Below are positions 33,293 through 42,373 of a DNA stretch of 43,252 nucleotides, in pieces. The notes under the pieces were generated by a model that saw only the letters and a program-made list of their open reading frames with translations, had not been told where the DNA came from and ran no database searches. Both the position numbers and the translations under genes were made by a program. The stretch comes from Candidatus Woesearchaeota archaeon. GTDB lineage: Archaea; Nanobdellota; Nanobdellia; Pacearchaeales; GW2011-AR1. Numbering within the stretch: position 1 is the first letter of the stretch; each line of letters begins with the position of its first letter. Where the stretch lies: assembly GCA_964530285.1 (NCBI GenBank), contig CAZGZN010000001.1, positions 1 through 43,252 on the forward strand, written 5' to 3'.

Positions 33293-35362
33293 ATGGCAGA
33301 AGATGAATTTGTATCAACAGATGGTGAAATCTTTGAAAAAAAGGAAGAAAATCAAACCAACCAAGAAGAAAGAATAATCGAATCAAAAAACTTCTTCTCT
33401 ACACAAAAGAAGAAATTAGGACTAATTGCAAAACACGGAGAAAGTGTAATAACTATTGATTTTAATGAACTCTCAGAACACTCTCCAGAACTATCTGAAG
33501 ATTTAATAAATAAACCAGAAGACACAATAAATATTCTAGAACTAGCACTAGCAGATAGTGGTTTAATCTCTGATCCAAAAGTTCGTTTAGAAACAATCTC
33601 CAAAACTCAAGAATTGAAAATAAGAAACATAAGGGCATCTAATCTAGGAAAAATGATTTGTATTGAGGGAATTGTAAGACAAGCATCAGAAGTTCGACCA
33701 CAGGTAGTTAATGCAAGATTTGAGTGCCCTTCCTGTGGAACAATCTTATCTATAATGCAAGTAGAAAAAAAATTTCAAGAACCCAATAGATGTTCCTCTT
33801 GTGGAAGAAGGGGGGGATTCAGACTTCTTGCAAAAGAAATGGTTGATGCGCAAAGACTTGTTTTAGAAGAAAGCCCAGATGCATTGTCTGGAGGAGAACA
33901 ACCAAAAAGAATGCAAGTATTCCTTAAAGAAGATTTAGTAGACCCCAAGATGGAAGAAAGAACAACCCCTGGAAGCAAGGTGAGGGTCATCGGAATTTTA
34001 AAAGAAATCTCATTACCATTACCCACTGGAATACAAACAAGATTTGATTTAGCAATTGAAGCGAATAATGTAATCCCCCTAGAAGAAACTTTTGAAGATT
34101 TATCTATCACGGAAGAAGAAGAAAGTCAAATAAAAGAACTTGCATCCGAACCGAACGTAGTTGAAAAACTTGCAAAAAGCATTAGCCCTTCAGTTTGGGG
34201 TTACCCAGAAATAAAAGAATCCTTAGCACTGCAACTCTTTGGGGGGGTTCAAAAACAGAGAAGTGATGGTACGTGGACAAGAGGAGACATTCATATCCTT
34301 CTCGTAGGGGATCCGGGTGTAGCAAAATCTGTTATGTTAAAGTTTATTTCCACAATCGCACCAAAAGGGAGATATGTCTCTGGAAAGTCTGCTTCTGGTG
34401 CAGGGCTAACTGCAACAGTAGTAAAAGATGAGTTTCTTAGAGGATGGGCACTCGAAGCTGGAGCGATGGTTCTATCAAATAAGGGTCTTGTTTGTATTGA
34501 TGAATTAGAAAAAATGGATGAAAACGATAGAAGTACAATGCATGAAGCAATGGAACAACAAACCGTTACGATTTCAAAAGCAAATGTTCAAGCAACTTTA
34601 AATGCAAAAACAGCAGTACTTGCAGCAGCAAATCCAAAATTTGGAAGATTCGATCCCACCGATATGGTAGCAAAGCAAGTAAATCTTGCCCCCTCTCTTC
34701 TTAATCGTTTTGATGTGTTATTCATCCTTAGAGACATTCCAGATAAAGAAAGAGATGAAAGAATTGCATCCCATGTTCTTTCAGAACATAAACAAGATGT
34801 TAAATTAGATATTGTAGATAGAGAGCTATTAAGAAAATATATTGCATATGCCCACCAGAAATGCCACCCCGTTCTTAGTTCAGAAGCAGCAGAAAAAATA
34901 AAAAAGTTTTATGTTGGTTTAAGGAACCAATCTCATTTCTCGACAAACGAAACAGCAAACAGACCCATTCCAATCTCTGCTAGACAACTGGAAGCACTTG
35001 TAAGGCTAGCTGAAGCAAACGCCAAAGCAAGGTTAAGTAAAACTGTTGATGTAGAAGACGCAGAAAGAGCCATTAAACTTGTTCAATATTATATGATGCA
35101 AGTAGGTTATGACGAAGAAACAAAAAGTTTTGACATTGATAAAATTTCTGGAAACCCTGCCTCGAAAAGAGGAAAAGTCTTTATGGTAAAGGAAGTTTTA
35201 GAAGATTTAGAAAATCGCCTAGGGAAGTTAATCCCCCAAGAAGAACTTGAAAAAGAAATTGGAGAGAAAATGAAGAAAGACGAACTAGAAGAAGCAATAG
35301 AGAAGTTACTTCGTGCAGGGGATATATTTAGGCCTAAAAAAGGATACATTCAGAGAGTCTAA
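33293..35362 (+). CDS. mcm: MCM replicative helicase
   Basis: Zn motif CPSCG..CSSCG, Walker A LLVGDPGVAKS, Walker B VCIDELEKM, arginine finger region SLLNRFD, and C-terminal winged helix. No intein. Confidence 0.93.
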   Translation: MAEDEFVSTDGEIFEKKEENQTNQEERIIESKNFFSTQKKKLGLIAKHGESVITIDFNELSEHSPELSEDLINKPEDTINILELALADSGLISDPKVRLETISKTQELKIRNIRASNLGKMICIEGIVRQASEVRPQVVNARFECPSCGTILSIMQVEKKFQEPNRCSSCGRRGGFRLLAKEMVDAQRLVLEESPDALSGGEQPKRMQVFLKEDLVDPKMEERTTPGSKVRVIGILKEISLPLPTGIQTRFDLAIEANNVIPLEETFEDLSITEEEESQIKELASEPNVVEKLAKSISPSVWGYPEIKESLALQLFGGVQKQRSDGTWTRGDIHILLVGDPGVAKSVMLKFISTIAPKGRYVSGKSASGAGLTATVVKDEFLRGWALEAGAMVLSNKGLVCIDELEKMDENDRSTMHEAMEQQTVTISKANVQATLNAKTAVLAAANPKFGRFDPTDMVAKQVNLAPSLLNRFDVLFILRDIPDKERDERIASHVLSEHKQDVKLDIVDRELLRKYIAYAHQKCHPVLSSEAAEKIKKFYVGLRNQSHFSTNETANRPIPISARQLEALVRLAEANAKARLSKTVDVEDAERAIKLVQYYMMQVGYDEETKSFDIDKISGNPASKRGKVFMVKEVLEDLENRLGKLIPQEELEKEIGEKMKKDELEEAIEKLLRAGDIFRPKKGYIQRV

Positions 35363-35373
35363 CTCTAACCCCA

Positions 35374-35387
35374 CAATCTTTATAAAA
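35374..35387 (+). promoter_or_regulatory. TATA-like CAATCTTTATAAAA
   Basis: Ends 20 nt upstream of ATG 35408. Confidence 0.5.
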
Positions 35388-35407
35388 CTCAAAATAAAAT
35401 AAAAGAT

Positions 35408-36028
35408 ATGGCTATGGAACTAAACGAAATAAAAAAGAGAAATACTGCCTATAAATTCAGAATTGGAGATATCTTGAAAGGAAAACCAATAATTAAAGAC
35501 GAACGCTTTGTTTATGTAGAAATAGGCGATAAGAACGTAGTAAGAGTAAATATCATAGCAAATATAATCGATAAGTACGTAAATGATGGAGAGAAAAAAT
35601 ACGCTACCGCAACAATAGATGACGCTTCGGGCCAAATAAAGATAAAAACCTTCGGAGAAGATATAGAAATAATAAAGAATCTTTCACAGGGAGATACTAT
35701 CCAGTTGATTGGAGTCATCAGAGACTATAATGGGGAAGTTTATGTCTTACCTGAAATTGCAAAGAAACTAGATCCAAGGTGGCTTTTAGTAAGAAAACTA
35801 GAAATCCAACAATCAAGGAAAGACATTGTCCCCAGCACAGATGCTCCTCTTAGAGACATACTCCTTGAAAAAATAAAAGAAGCAGAAAAAGAAGATGGAA
35901 TAGAAATTGATAAACTAATCATGGAAAGTGACTCCTCTCCGAACATAATAAACGCAGAAATAAAAAAGTTAGTGGAAGATGGAATGGTTTACGAACCTCG
36001 CCCAGGAAAATTAAGATATCTTGGTTGA
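35408..36028 (+). CDS. OB-fold plus C-terminal winged-helix protein (RPA32/Stn1-like ssDNA-binding candidate)
   Basis: OB pattern VRVNIIANIIDKY..ATATIDDASGQIKIKTF..GDTIQLIGVIRDYNGEVYV. The C-terminus IINAEIKKLVEDGMVYEPRPGKLRYL is wH-like. Directly downstream of mcm. Confidence 0.5.
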   Translation: MAMELNEIKKRNTAYKFRIGDILKGKPIIKDERFVYVEIGDKNVVRVNIIANIIDKYVNDGEKKYATATIDDASGQIKIKTFGEDIEIIKNLSQGDTIQLIGVIRDYNGEVYVLPEIAKKLDPRWLLVRKLEIQQSRKDIVPSTDAPLRDILLEKIKEAEKEDGIEIDKLIMESDSSPNIINAEIKKLVEDGMVYEPRPGKLRYLG

Positions 36029-36066
36029 TACCACAAACTTATAAATACTAAAGATTTAAAATTAAT

Positions 36067-36435
36067 ATGGGAAAAAAGAAGTATAATTGGACAATCCTAA
36101 TTTTTGTTTGTTGCTTGACAATTCTAATAATTATATTCGCAGTTATAGATAAAAAATCTCCGGAAGACTCATCTTCAAGAGACCCCGATAAAATATTTGA
36201 GGAATGTGTAATAAAAACAAAGCCAATTTTGTATGGTCGAGAGAATTCCCAAGTTTTCAATTTACAAAAAGAAGATTTAGGAAAATCATTTAATCTGATT
36301 ACGTTTGTAGATTGTTCAAGAGAAAGAGAAAAATGTATGGGCATTCTGCTTATTCCTGCTTGGAAAATTAATGAACAGATATACTATGGTTCCTTTTCAA
36401 AAGAAGTTCTAACTAAAATAATGGGGTGCGAATAA
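36067..36435 (+). CDS. Membrane-anchored thioredoxin-fold protein resembling the VKOR-associated Trx-like domain, but lacking CxxC
   Basis: N-terminal TM. YGRENSQVFNLQKEDLGKSF..TFVDCS..KC..IPAWKINEQIYYG..GC parallels YGAYWCPHCQDQKELFG..YVEC..C..YPTWIINGRTYTG, with WCxxC replaced. Confidence 0.45.
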   Translation: MGKKKYNWTILIFVCCLTILIIIFAVIDKKSPEDSSSRDPDKIFEECVIKTKPILYGRENSQVFNLQKEDLGKSFNLITFVDCSREREKCMGILLIPAWKINEQIYYGSFSKEVLTKIMGCE

Positions 36436-36626
36436 TGACTTTTGAAATACGAATCGACAAAGACAAATGTATCGGCTGCGGAGGATGTGAAGCAGTTTGT
36501 CCAAAAAACTTCAAGATGGTCAATGGAAAGGCCTCTGTGAAAAAGGGTTTAATAGACTCCCTGGATTGTGAAGAAGACGCAAAAGATGCATGTCCTGTCG
36601 GAGCAATATCTATAACTAAAAAATAA
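36435..36626 (+). CDS. Small single-cluster ferredoxin
   Basis: CIGCGGCEAVCP ... DACP. The ATG overlaps the upstream stop (TAATG); the track GTG is at 36426. Confidence 0.8.
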   Translation: MTFEIRIDKDKCIGCGGCEAVCPKNFKMVNGKASVKKGLIDSLDCEEDAKDACPVGAISITKK

Positions 36627-36651
36627 TTTAACTAAATAAAAGGAGGTAAAA

Positions 36652-37005
36652 ATGCAAGAAATAAAAAAGATCAGTTTGATTCCTATAGCTAAAATAGCTG
36701 GGCTTTTTGGGGTTCTAATTGGAATTTTCCAAGGAGTTTTAATGGGACAATTAAGTATGCAATATGCTCAAGAAGGCGTTTCATTAACTCTTTCTGAAGC
36801 ATTTGAATACATCGCTACAAGTCCTATGAGTGGAACAATGCCATTATTCATTGCAATTGGATGGTGGAGCATAGTTGTTGCACCAATTATATTGGGGATT
36901 GGATATTTTGTTTCAGGAATCGTACTAGCTTGGATTTACAATATGTTTGTAAAGTTAGTTGGTGGAATAAAAATTGAGATAAACGAAAACAAAAAAAAGA
37001 AATAA
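36652..37005 (+). CDS. Small membrane protein (3 TM)
   Basis: Hydrophobic segments, with AAAGGAGGTAAAA directly upstream of the ATG. Confidence 0.55.
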   Translation: MQEIKKISLIPIAKIAGLFGVLIGIFQGVLMGQLSMQYAQEGVSLTLSEAFEYIATSPMSGTMPLFIAIGWWSIVVAPIILGIGYFVSGIVLAWIYNMFVKLVGGIKIEINENKKKK

Positions 37006-37044
37006 TTTTATTTTCCTCTTTTATCTTTTAGAGGATTTTTTATT

Positions 37045-38337
37045 TTAAAAAAGAAGAACATCATTAAACTCTCCAAAGAGATTTTTAATCATTTTATTTT
37101 TTATTTCTTGAGGTTTTTTGACTAAAGATTTTTGTCCTAGTAACCAGGAAAGTTTAACAAAGGCCGTCTCAGAAAGCATATCTTTCAAGAATAAAATTCC
37201 TGTCTTTTCTAACTCCCTTCCGTTTTCATATACATTCGGATTCAATCTTCCATAGATAGTTTGGGGGACAGCACACAAGATTATTCCCTTATCTACTAAC
37301 TTTTTTATTTTTGGCAACCAATTGTATGTGCTTGCATCTTTTCCAGGAACCTGACCAATCCCAGCAACCTCCAAAATAATTCCCTTGTACTCCTGTGAAG
37401 CGTAAAAATCTAGAATATCAGGATTCTGTCCTGGGATAATTTTAACAACTGCTACTCTATCAGTGTATTGTGTATTTATTTTCACCACATTATTTGAACG
37501 AGCATTAAAATCTCTTAAAATTTTAAAATCTTTTTTAGATATCTCTACAAAAGCTTCAGAGTTAATAACTTTGAATGCATCCCTTCTAGAAGTATGTAAC
37601 TTTCTAACTTTTGTTCCAGGCATAGCCAAGCAAACTTCATCATTTAGATCCTTATGACCTACAACAGCCACCTCTGCTATATCTGAAACTGCATATTTTG
37701 CAGCACAAATTAGATTTAAATAAGCATCTGTACTTCCCCTATCAATACTTCTCTGAGAATAAGTCAATGCCACAGGTTTATTCAATTTTCCCAACATGAA
37801 CGAAAGAGCCGAGGAAGTGTAATGTAAAAAATCAGTTCCATGAGAAATAATCACCCCGTCAATTTCATTATCATTCAAAAGTTTCGCAATCTTCTCGGCA
37901 AGTTTCTTCCAATCTAAAAAAGACATATTCTCAGAAAATTTCATAAATGGTTTTTCAATTCTTACAACATTACAAATTTCTTTTATTTCTGGAGCAATAT
38001 TCAAAATTTCTTCTGCATCAGTAGATATAACTCCCCCTGTTTTTGGGTCCAATCTAGATGAAATAGTCCCTCCAGTAATGATTATTGCAATGTTCCGCAA
38101 ATCTTTTTTCTTCTCTAATACAATTTTAGGTTTATTAACTGAAACAGCTTTCTCAAGAATTTTTGCATCTAAAATCTCTTTTTCTCTAATCCCAATATTG
38201 TACCCTGAAGAAAGTTTCAACAAAACGACTTCGGAACTATAACTCTCAAGAATTATTCCTTCCCATATTCTCTCATTTGTTCTCAGAGAAACACTATCTC
38301 CTATCTCAAAAGTTTTTTCTTCAACCATGGTTTCCAT
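37045..38337 (-). CDS. gatD: Glu-tRNA(Gln) amidotransferase subunit D (GatD, asparaginase-like)
   Basis: IAIIITGGTISSRLDPKTGGV (asparaginase T-motif), HGTD, and a GatD-type N-terminal domain. Confidence 0.88.
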   Translation of the reverse strand: METMVEEKTFEIGDSVSLRTNERIWEGIILESYSSEVVLLKLSSGYNIGIREKEILDAKILEKAVSVNKPKIVLEKKKDLRNIAIIITGGTISSRLDPKTGGVISTDAEEILNIAPEIKEICNVVRIEKPFMKFSENMSFLDWKKLAEKIAKLLNDNEIDGVIISHGTDFLHYTSSALSFMLGKLNKPVALTYSQRSIDRGSTDAYLNLICAAKYAVSDIAEVAVVGHKDLNDEVCLAMPGTKVRKLHTSRRDAFKVINSEAFVEISKKDFKILRDFNARSNNVVKINTQYTDRVAVVKIIPGQNPDILDFYASQEYKGIILEVAGIGQVPGKDASTYNWLPKIKKLVDKGIILCAVPQTIYGRLNPNVYENGRELEKTGILFLKDMLSETAFVKLSWLLGQKSLVKKPQEIKNKMIKNLFGEFNDVLLF

Positions 38338-38436
38338 AGTTTTGTTGGATATAAAAGGTTTTCTAAGAGATTATATACTAAAAGTCTATTAAATGTAAAT
38401 AGAAAACTTTAAATTCTCTAGATTTCTAGGAGACTT

Positions 38437-39171
38437 ATGGGGATATTAAGTTTCTTTAAAAGACTCGGAACAAACACTCTCTATTACCCTGGATGTATGT
38501 TAAAATATGGCATGGAAAAAGAGATGAACAACTATAAATTCATATTCAATCTTTTAAGGATAGATTTTATTATGATCCCCGAAGAAGTTTGTTGCGGAAG
38601 CCCGGTATATAATGCAGGTTATAAGAAAGATGCAAAAAAACTAGCCGAAAAAAGCTTAAGGATTTTCAAGGAACATAAAGTAAATAAAATAATCACTCCC
38701 TGTCCAGGATGCTATAATATGTTTAAAAATGAATTTCCTAAACTTATCAGAAATTGGGACATTGAAGTTGAGTTTGCATTAAAAATAATTTTAGAGCAAC
38801 TTAAGAAGAAAAAACAAAGAAAAGAACTTGAAAAGGAAATTGTAACGTATCATGATCCTTGTCATCTTGGAAGATTCTCCAATATTTATGAAGAACCGCG
38901 AGAACTAATAAAAATTCTTGGAGGAGAATTGAAAGAAATGATCCATAATAGGGAAGACTCTCTCTGTTGTGGTGCGGGAGGGGGCCTTCGTTCTAATTTT
39001 CCTGATACTTCAAAAAAGATTGCAAAAAGAAGAACTCAAGAAGCACCAGAAGATGCCAAGAAAATTCTAACTCCTTGCGGACTATGCTCAGCAAACTTAA
39101 AAACAGCAGATGATAGAACAGTAGAATTCTCTGATTGGATGCTAGACAGAATTAAAATGGGTTGGTTTTAA
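38437..39171 (+). CDS. CCG-domain (HdrB/GlcF-like) Fe-S oxidoreductase subunit
   Basis: Two CCG repeats: YPGCMLKY..VCCGSPV and HDPCHLGR..LCCGAGGG. Confidence 0.75.
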   Translation: MGILSFFKRLGTNTLYYPGCMLKYGMEKEMNNYKFIFNLLRIDFIMIPEEVCCGSPVYNAGYKKDAKKLAEKSLRIFKEHKVNKIITPCPGCYNMFKNEFPKLIRNWDIEVEFALKIILEQLKKKKQRKELEKEIVTYHDPCHLGRFSNIYEEPRELIKILGGELKEMIHNREDSLCCGAGGGLRSNFPDTSKKIAKRRTQEAPEDAKKILTPCGLCSANLKTADDRTVEFSDWMLDRIKMGWF

Positions 39172-39205
39172 AAAAGAATTAAAGATATACCTTCTGTTTT
39201 TATTT

Positions 39206-39871
39206 ATGAAAATAAAAGAGCTACCAGATTCTTCCAAGCCCAGAGAAAGGTTTATTTCAAAAGGAGCAAATGCTCTGAGTGATGCAGAACTTTTAGCTTT
39301 GATTCTGAGGACTGGAACAAAAGGAGAAAATGTCATTGAAATGTCCAATAGACTTCTTTCTGATTACTCCCTAAATGGACTATTTGATTGCTCCCTTAAT
39401 GAACTGAACAAAATAAGAGGAGTTGGAAAGAACAAAGCAATTGAATTACTCGCACTAAGAGAAATCTCTAAAAGATATAATCAAGCAAAAAATCCAATAA
39501 CTAAAATAACTGATTCAAAAGATGTTTTTAATTATTTTCATGAAAGATTAAGAGATGAAAAACAAGAGAACTTTATTGTTTTAATCTTAGATACAAAAAA
39601 CAAAGTAATAAAAGATGAACTCGTAACTAAAGGAGTATTAGATGCAGCGATTGTTCATCCCAGAGAAATCTTTAAACCAGCAATAAGAAACTCTGCTTCT
39701 AAGATTATCCTAATCCACAATCATCCTTCTGGTGATCCAACTCCAAGTTCAGAAGATTTAGAGATAACTGAGAAGATTGTTCGACTTGGAGAAGAATTAG
39801 ATATAAAAGTTTTGGATCATGTAATAATTGGTAGAGGAGAGCATTGGAGTTGGCAAGAAGAAAAATGCTAA
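39206..39871 (+). CDS. radC: RadC-like JAB/MPN domain protein
   Basis: N-terminus PRERFISKGANALSDAELLALILRTG, HhH region, and JAMM motif HNHPSGDPTPSSEDLEIT. Confidence 0.85.
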   Translation: MKIKELPDSSKPRERFISKGANALSDAELLALILRTGTKGENVIEMSNRLLSDYSLNGLFDCSLNELNKIRGVGKNKAIELLALREISKRYNQAKNPITKITDSKDVFNYFHERLRDEKQENFIVLILDTKNKVIKDELVTKGVLDAAIVHPREIFKPAIRNSASKIILIHNHPSGDPTPSSEDLEITEKIVRLGEELDIKVLDHVIIGRGEHWSWQEEKC

Positions 39872-39913
39872 TCTCAAGAATATCTTTTTAAACCCCCTTA
39901 TCCTTAAACGAAC

Positions 39914-41374
39914 ATGGAAGATTTAACCATTGATGAGATGGCAACATTTTGTAAGAGAAAAGGATTTGTTTTTCCATCAGGAGAAATTTATGGCGGTTTG
40001 GCAGGCTTTTGGGATTTTGGACCTCTTGGGACAGAACTCAAAAAGAACATTAAAGAATCTTGGTGGAGATTTCATATTTATGAAAGAGAGGACATTGTAG
40101 GAATCGATGGTTCGATAATTACACACCCTTCGATCTGGAAGGCCTCAGGACATGTTGATTCTTTTGTCGATTTGGCAGTTATTTGTAAAAAATGTAAGAA
40201 TAAATCAAAAGTAGATAAACATGAACTAGAAACAACTCAATGTGAGAAATGTGGCGGACAATGGGAAAGCAAAGGAGAATTTAACCCTATGTTTACTACA
40301 CAAGTTGGTCCAATAAAAGAGGATTCATCGCTTGTATATTTAAGACCAGAGACCGCACAACTCATCTTTGCAAATTTTAAACAGATTACAGATACCACAA
40401 GACTAAAGTTACCCTTTGGAATTGCTCAGATAGGAAAATCCTTCAGAAATGAAATAGCTCCAAGAAATTTTTTATTCAGGTGCAGAGAATTTGAACAAAT
40501 GGAAATTGAATATTTTATTGATCCTGAGAAGAAAAATGATTGTCCCTACAAAATTCCAGAATTAGAAGTTTCAGTCTACTCTGCAGAGATGCAAGAAAAG
40601 AACCAAGAAGCAAAAAAAATGAAGATTTCCGAAGCTTTAAAGAAAAAAATCATCCTTTTACCCTGGCATGCCTATTGGTTATCCACCGAACTTTCTTGGT
40701 TTAAATCACTAGGAGTAAACATGGAAAATTTTAGAATAAGACAGCATGTGAAAGATGAAAAATCTCACTATGCAACAGATACATGGGATATAGAATATAA
40801 TTTTCCATTTGGTTTTAAGGAACTTCAAGGTATTGCAGATAGAGGAATATTTGACTTAACACAACACCAAAAAGTTTCCAAAAAAAACTTAGAGATGAGA
40901 AACGAAGAATCAGGTAAGAAATTTTTACCCATGGTAATCTCAGAGCCCTCTCTTGGAGTAGAAAGAGCATTTCTTGTGTTCTTATTTGATGCTTATACAA
41001 AAAATCAAAAAGAAGAGGTTATTTTAAAATTGAACCAAAAGCTATCTCCTGTAAAAATTGCAATATTCCCACTAATAAAAAAAGATGAACAACAGAATGG
41101 TATAGCTAAGGATATATATATTGAATTGAGAAGAGAATGGAATGTAAACTACGATGATTCTGGTTCTGTAGGAAGAAGATATGCAAGAAATGATGAAATA
41201 GGAACTCCCTATTGTATAACTGTTGATGAAGAAACAAAAAAAGACAAGTCTGTCACAATCAGAGATAGAAACACAACAAAACAAATTCGCGTTCCTATCT
41301 TCAAAGTAAAGGAAACAATAAGAAGTTTACTCTCCCAAGAAATTGAATTTGAAAAGTCTGGAAAATTAATTTAA
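39914..41374 (+). CDS. glyS: Glycyl-tRNA synthetase (archaeal/eukaryal class II type)
   Basis: RKGFVFPSGEIYGGLAGFWDFGPLG, LRPETAQ, FRNEIAPR, Zn ribbon CKKC..CEKCGG, and a C-terminal anticodon-binding domain. Confidence 0.9.
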   Translation: MEDLTIDEMATFCKRKGFVFPSGEIYGGLAGFWDFGPLGTELKKNIKESWWRFHIYEREDIVGIDGSIITHPSIWKASGHVDSFVDLAVICKKCKNKSKVDKHELETTQCEKCGGQWESKGEFNPMFTTQVGPIKEDSSLVYLRPETAQLIFANFKQITDTTRLKLPFGIAQIGKSFRNEIAPRNFLFRCREFEQMEIEYFIDPEKKNDCPYKIPELEVSVYSAEMQEKNQEAKKMKISEALKKKIILLPWHAYWLSTELSWFKSLGVNMENFRIRQHVKDEKSHYATDTWDIEYNFPFGFKELQGIADRGIFDLTQHQKVSKKNLEMRNEESGKKFLPMVISEPSLGVERAFLVFLFDAYTKNQKEEVILKLNQKLSPVKIAIFPLIKKDEQQNGIAKDIYIELRREWNVNYDDSGSVGRRYARNDEIGTPYCITVDEETKKDKSVTIRDRNTTKQIRVPIFKVKETIRSLLSQEIEFEKSGKLI

Positions 41375-42295
41375 TTCTGAAGAATCTTTAGATTTTTTTA
41401 ATCCCTCCCTTACTCTTGATAAGCCAATAACATTCTTTTCCAACCCCCCCTGCAAACCATAAATAAATTCTCTCAAAATATTTGGTTTAGATACCCTCTT
41501 AATTTCCTTCAATAATCTTTTAGTAGTCTCTTCACCTTTTTTAATAATCGAAGAAATATCTTTAAAATCCAAAATCCCCCTATCCCCTAAAGGAATATCT
41601 ATCACCAGGTCTGTTTCTTCACCCTTTAAATCGGCCTTACTAACCTCTGCCCCCAAAATATGAATTGCTCTTGATGTAGACTCAAAAATACTAGGAATTG
41701 GAATACTCGCATCTTTTTCCAACGCTTCTTCATCAAAAACAATTTTATTTCTATGAATTCTGCTTACATTTACACCAATAATTATGTCTACATTGTCCTC
41801 TAAAATCTCTGTAGGGATTGGATCAACAACACCTCCGTCTACAAGAACCCTATTGTTATTACTAACCGGAACAAAAATTCCTGGGATAGAAATGCTCGCC
41901 CGAAGTGCTTTTATTAAGTTCCCCTTTGTAAATACAATTTCCTGATTATTTTTTATATCGTAAGCTGTAACCTTAAGAGGGACAATTAAATCACTAAATT
42001 CTAAATTTCCAAGTATTTCCCTAAGCAAGTTCTCTATTTTTTTACCTTTAATTAATCCTCTCGTTGGAAGGGTGTAATCAAAAACACTCTTCCAATTAAT
42101 AGAGAGAATTTCTTTTTCTATTTTCTTTATGCTCATACCTGAACAAAAAAGAGCTCCGATTATTGCCCCCATGCTGGTACCTGACACAAAATCTATTGGA
42201 ATCTCATTTTCTTGTAAGACTTTCAAAACACCGATATGCGCCAATCCTCTTGCTCCACCCCCTCCAAGAGCAACACCTATTCTTTTTCTAGCCAT
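41366..42295 (-). CDS. Patatin-like phospholipase
   Basis: GGGGARG oxyanion motif, GTSMGA nucleophile elbow, and DGG catalytic Asp. ATG 42295 is preferred because the TATA (42343-42352) lies only 2 nt from ATG 42340. Confidence 0.8.
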   Translation of the reverse strand: MARKRIGVALGGGGARGLAHIGVLKVLQENEIPIDFVSGTSMGAIIGALFCSGMSIKKIEKEILSINWKSVFDYTLPTRGLIKGKKIENLLREILGNLEFSDLIVPLKVTAYDIKNNQEIVFTKGNLIKALRASISIPGIFVPVSNNNRVLVDGGVVDPIPTEILEDNVDIIIGVNVSRIHRNKIVFDEEALEKDASIPIPSIFESTSRAIHILGAEVSKADLKGEETDLVIDIPLGDRGILDFKDISSIIKKGEETTKRLLKEIKRVSKPNILREFIYGLQGGLEKNVIGLSRVREGLKKSKDSSELN

Positions 42296-42373
42296 AAAAC
42301 AATAAAAAGACTTCAATTTAAATACCTTTTTAATCGCCATAATATTTAAATAAGAATAGTCCCTAATAAAATT

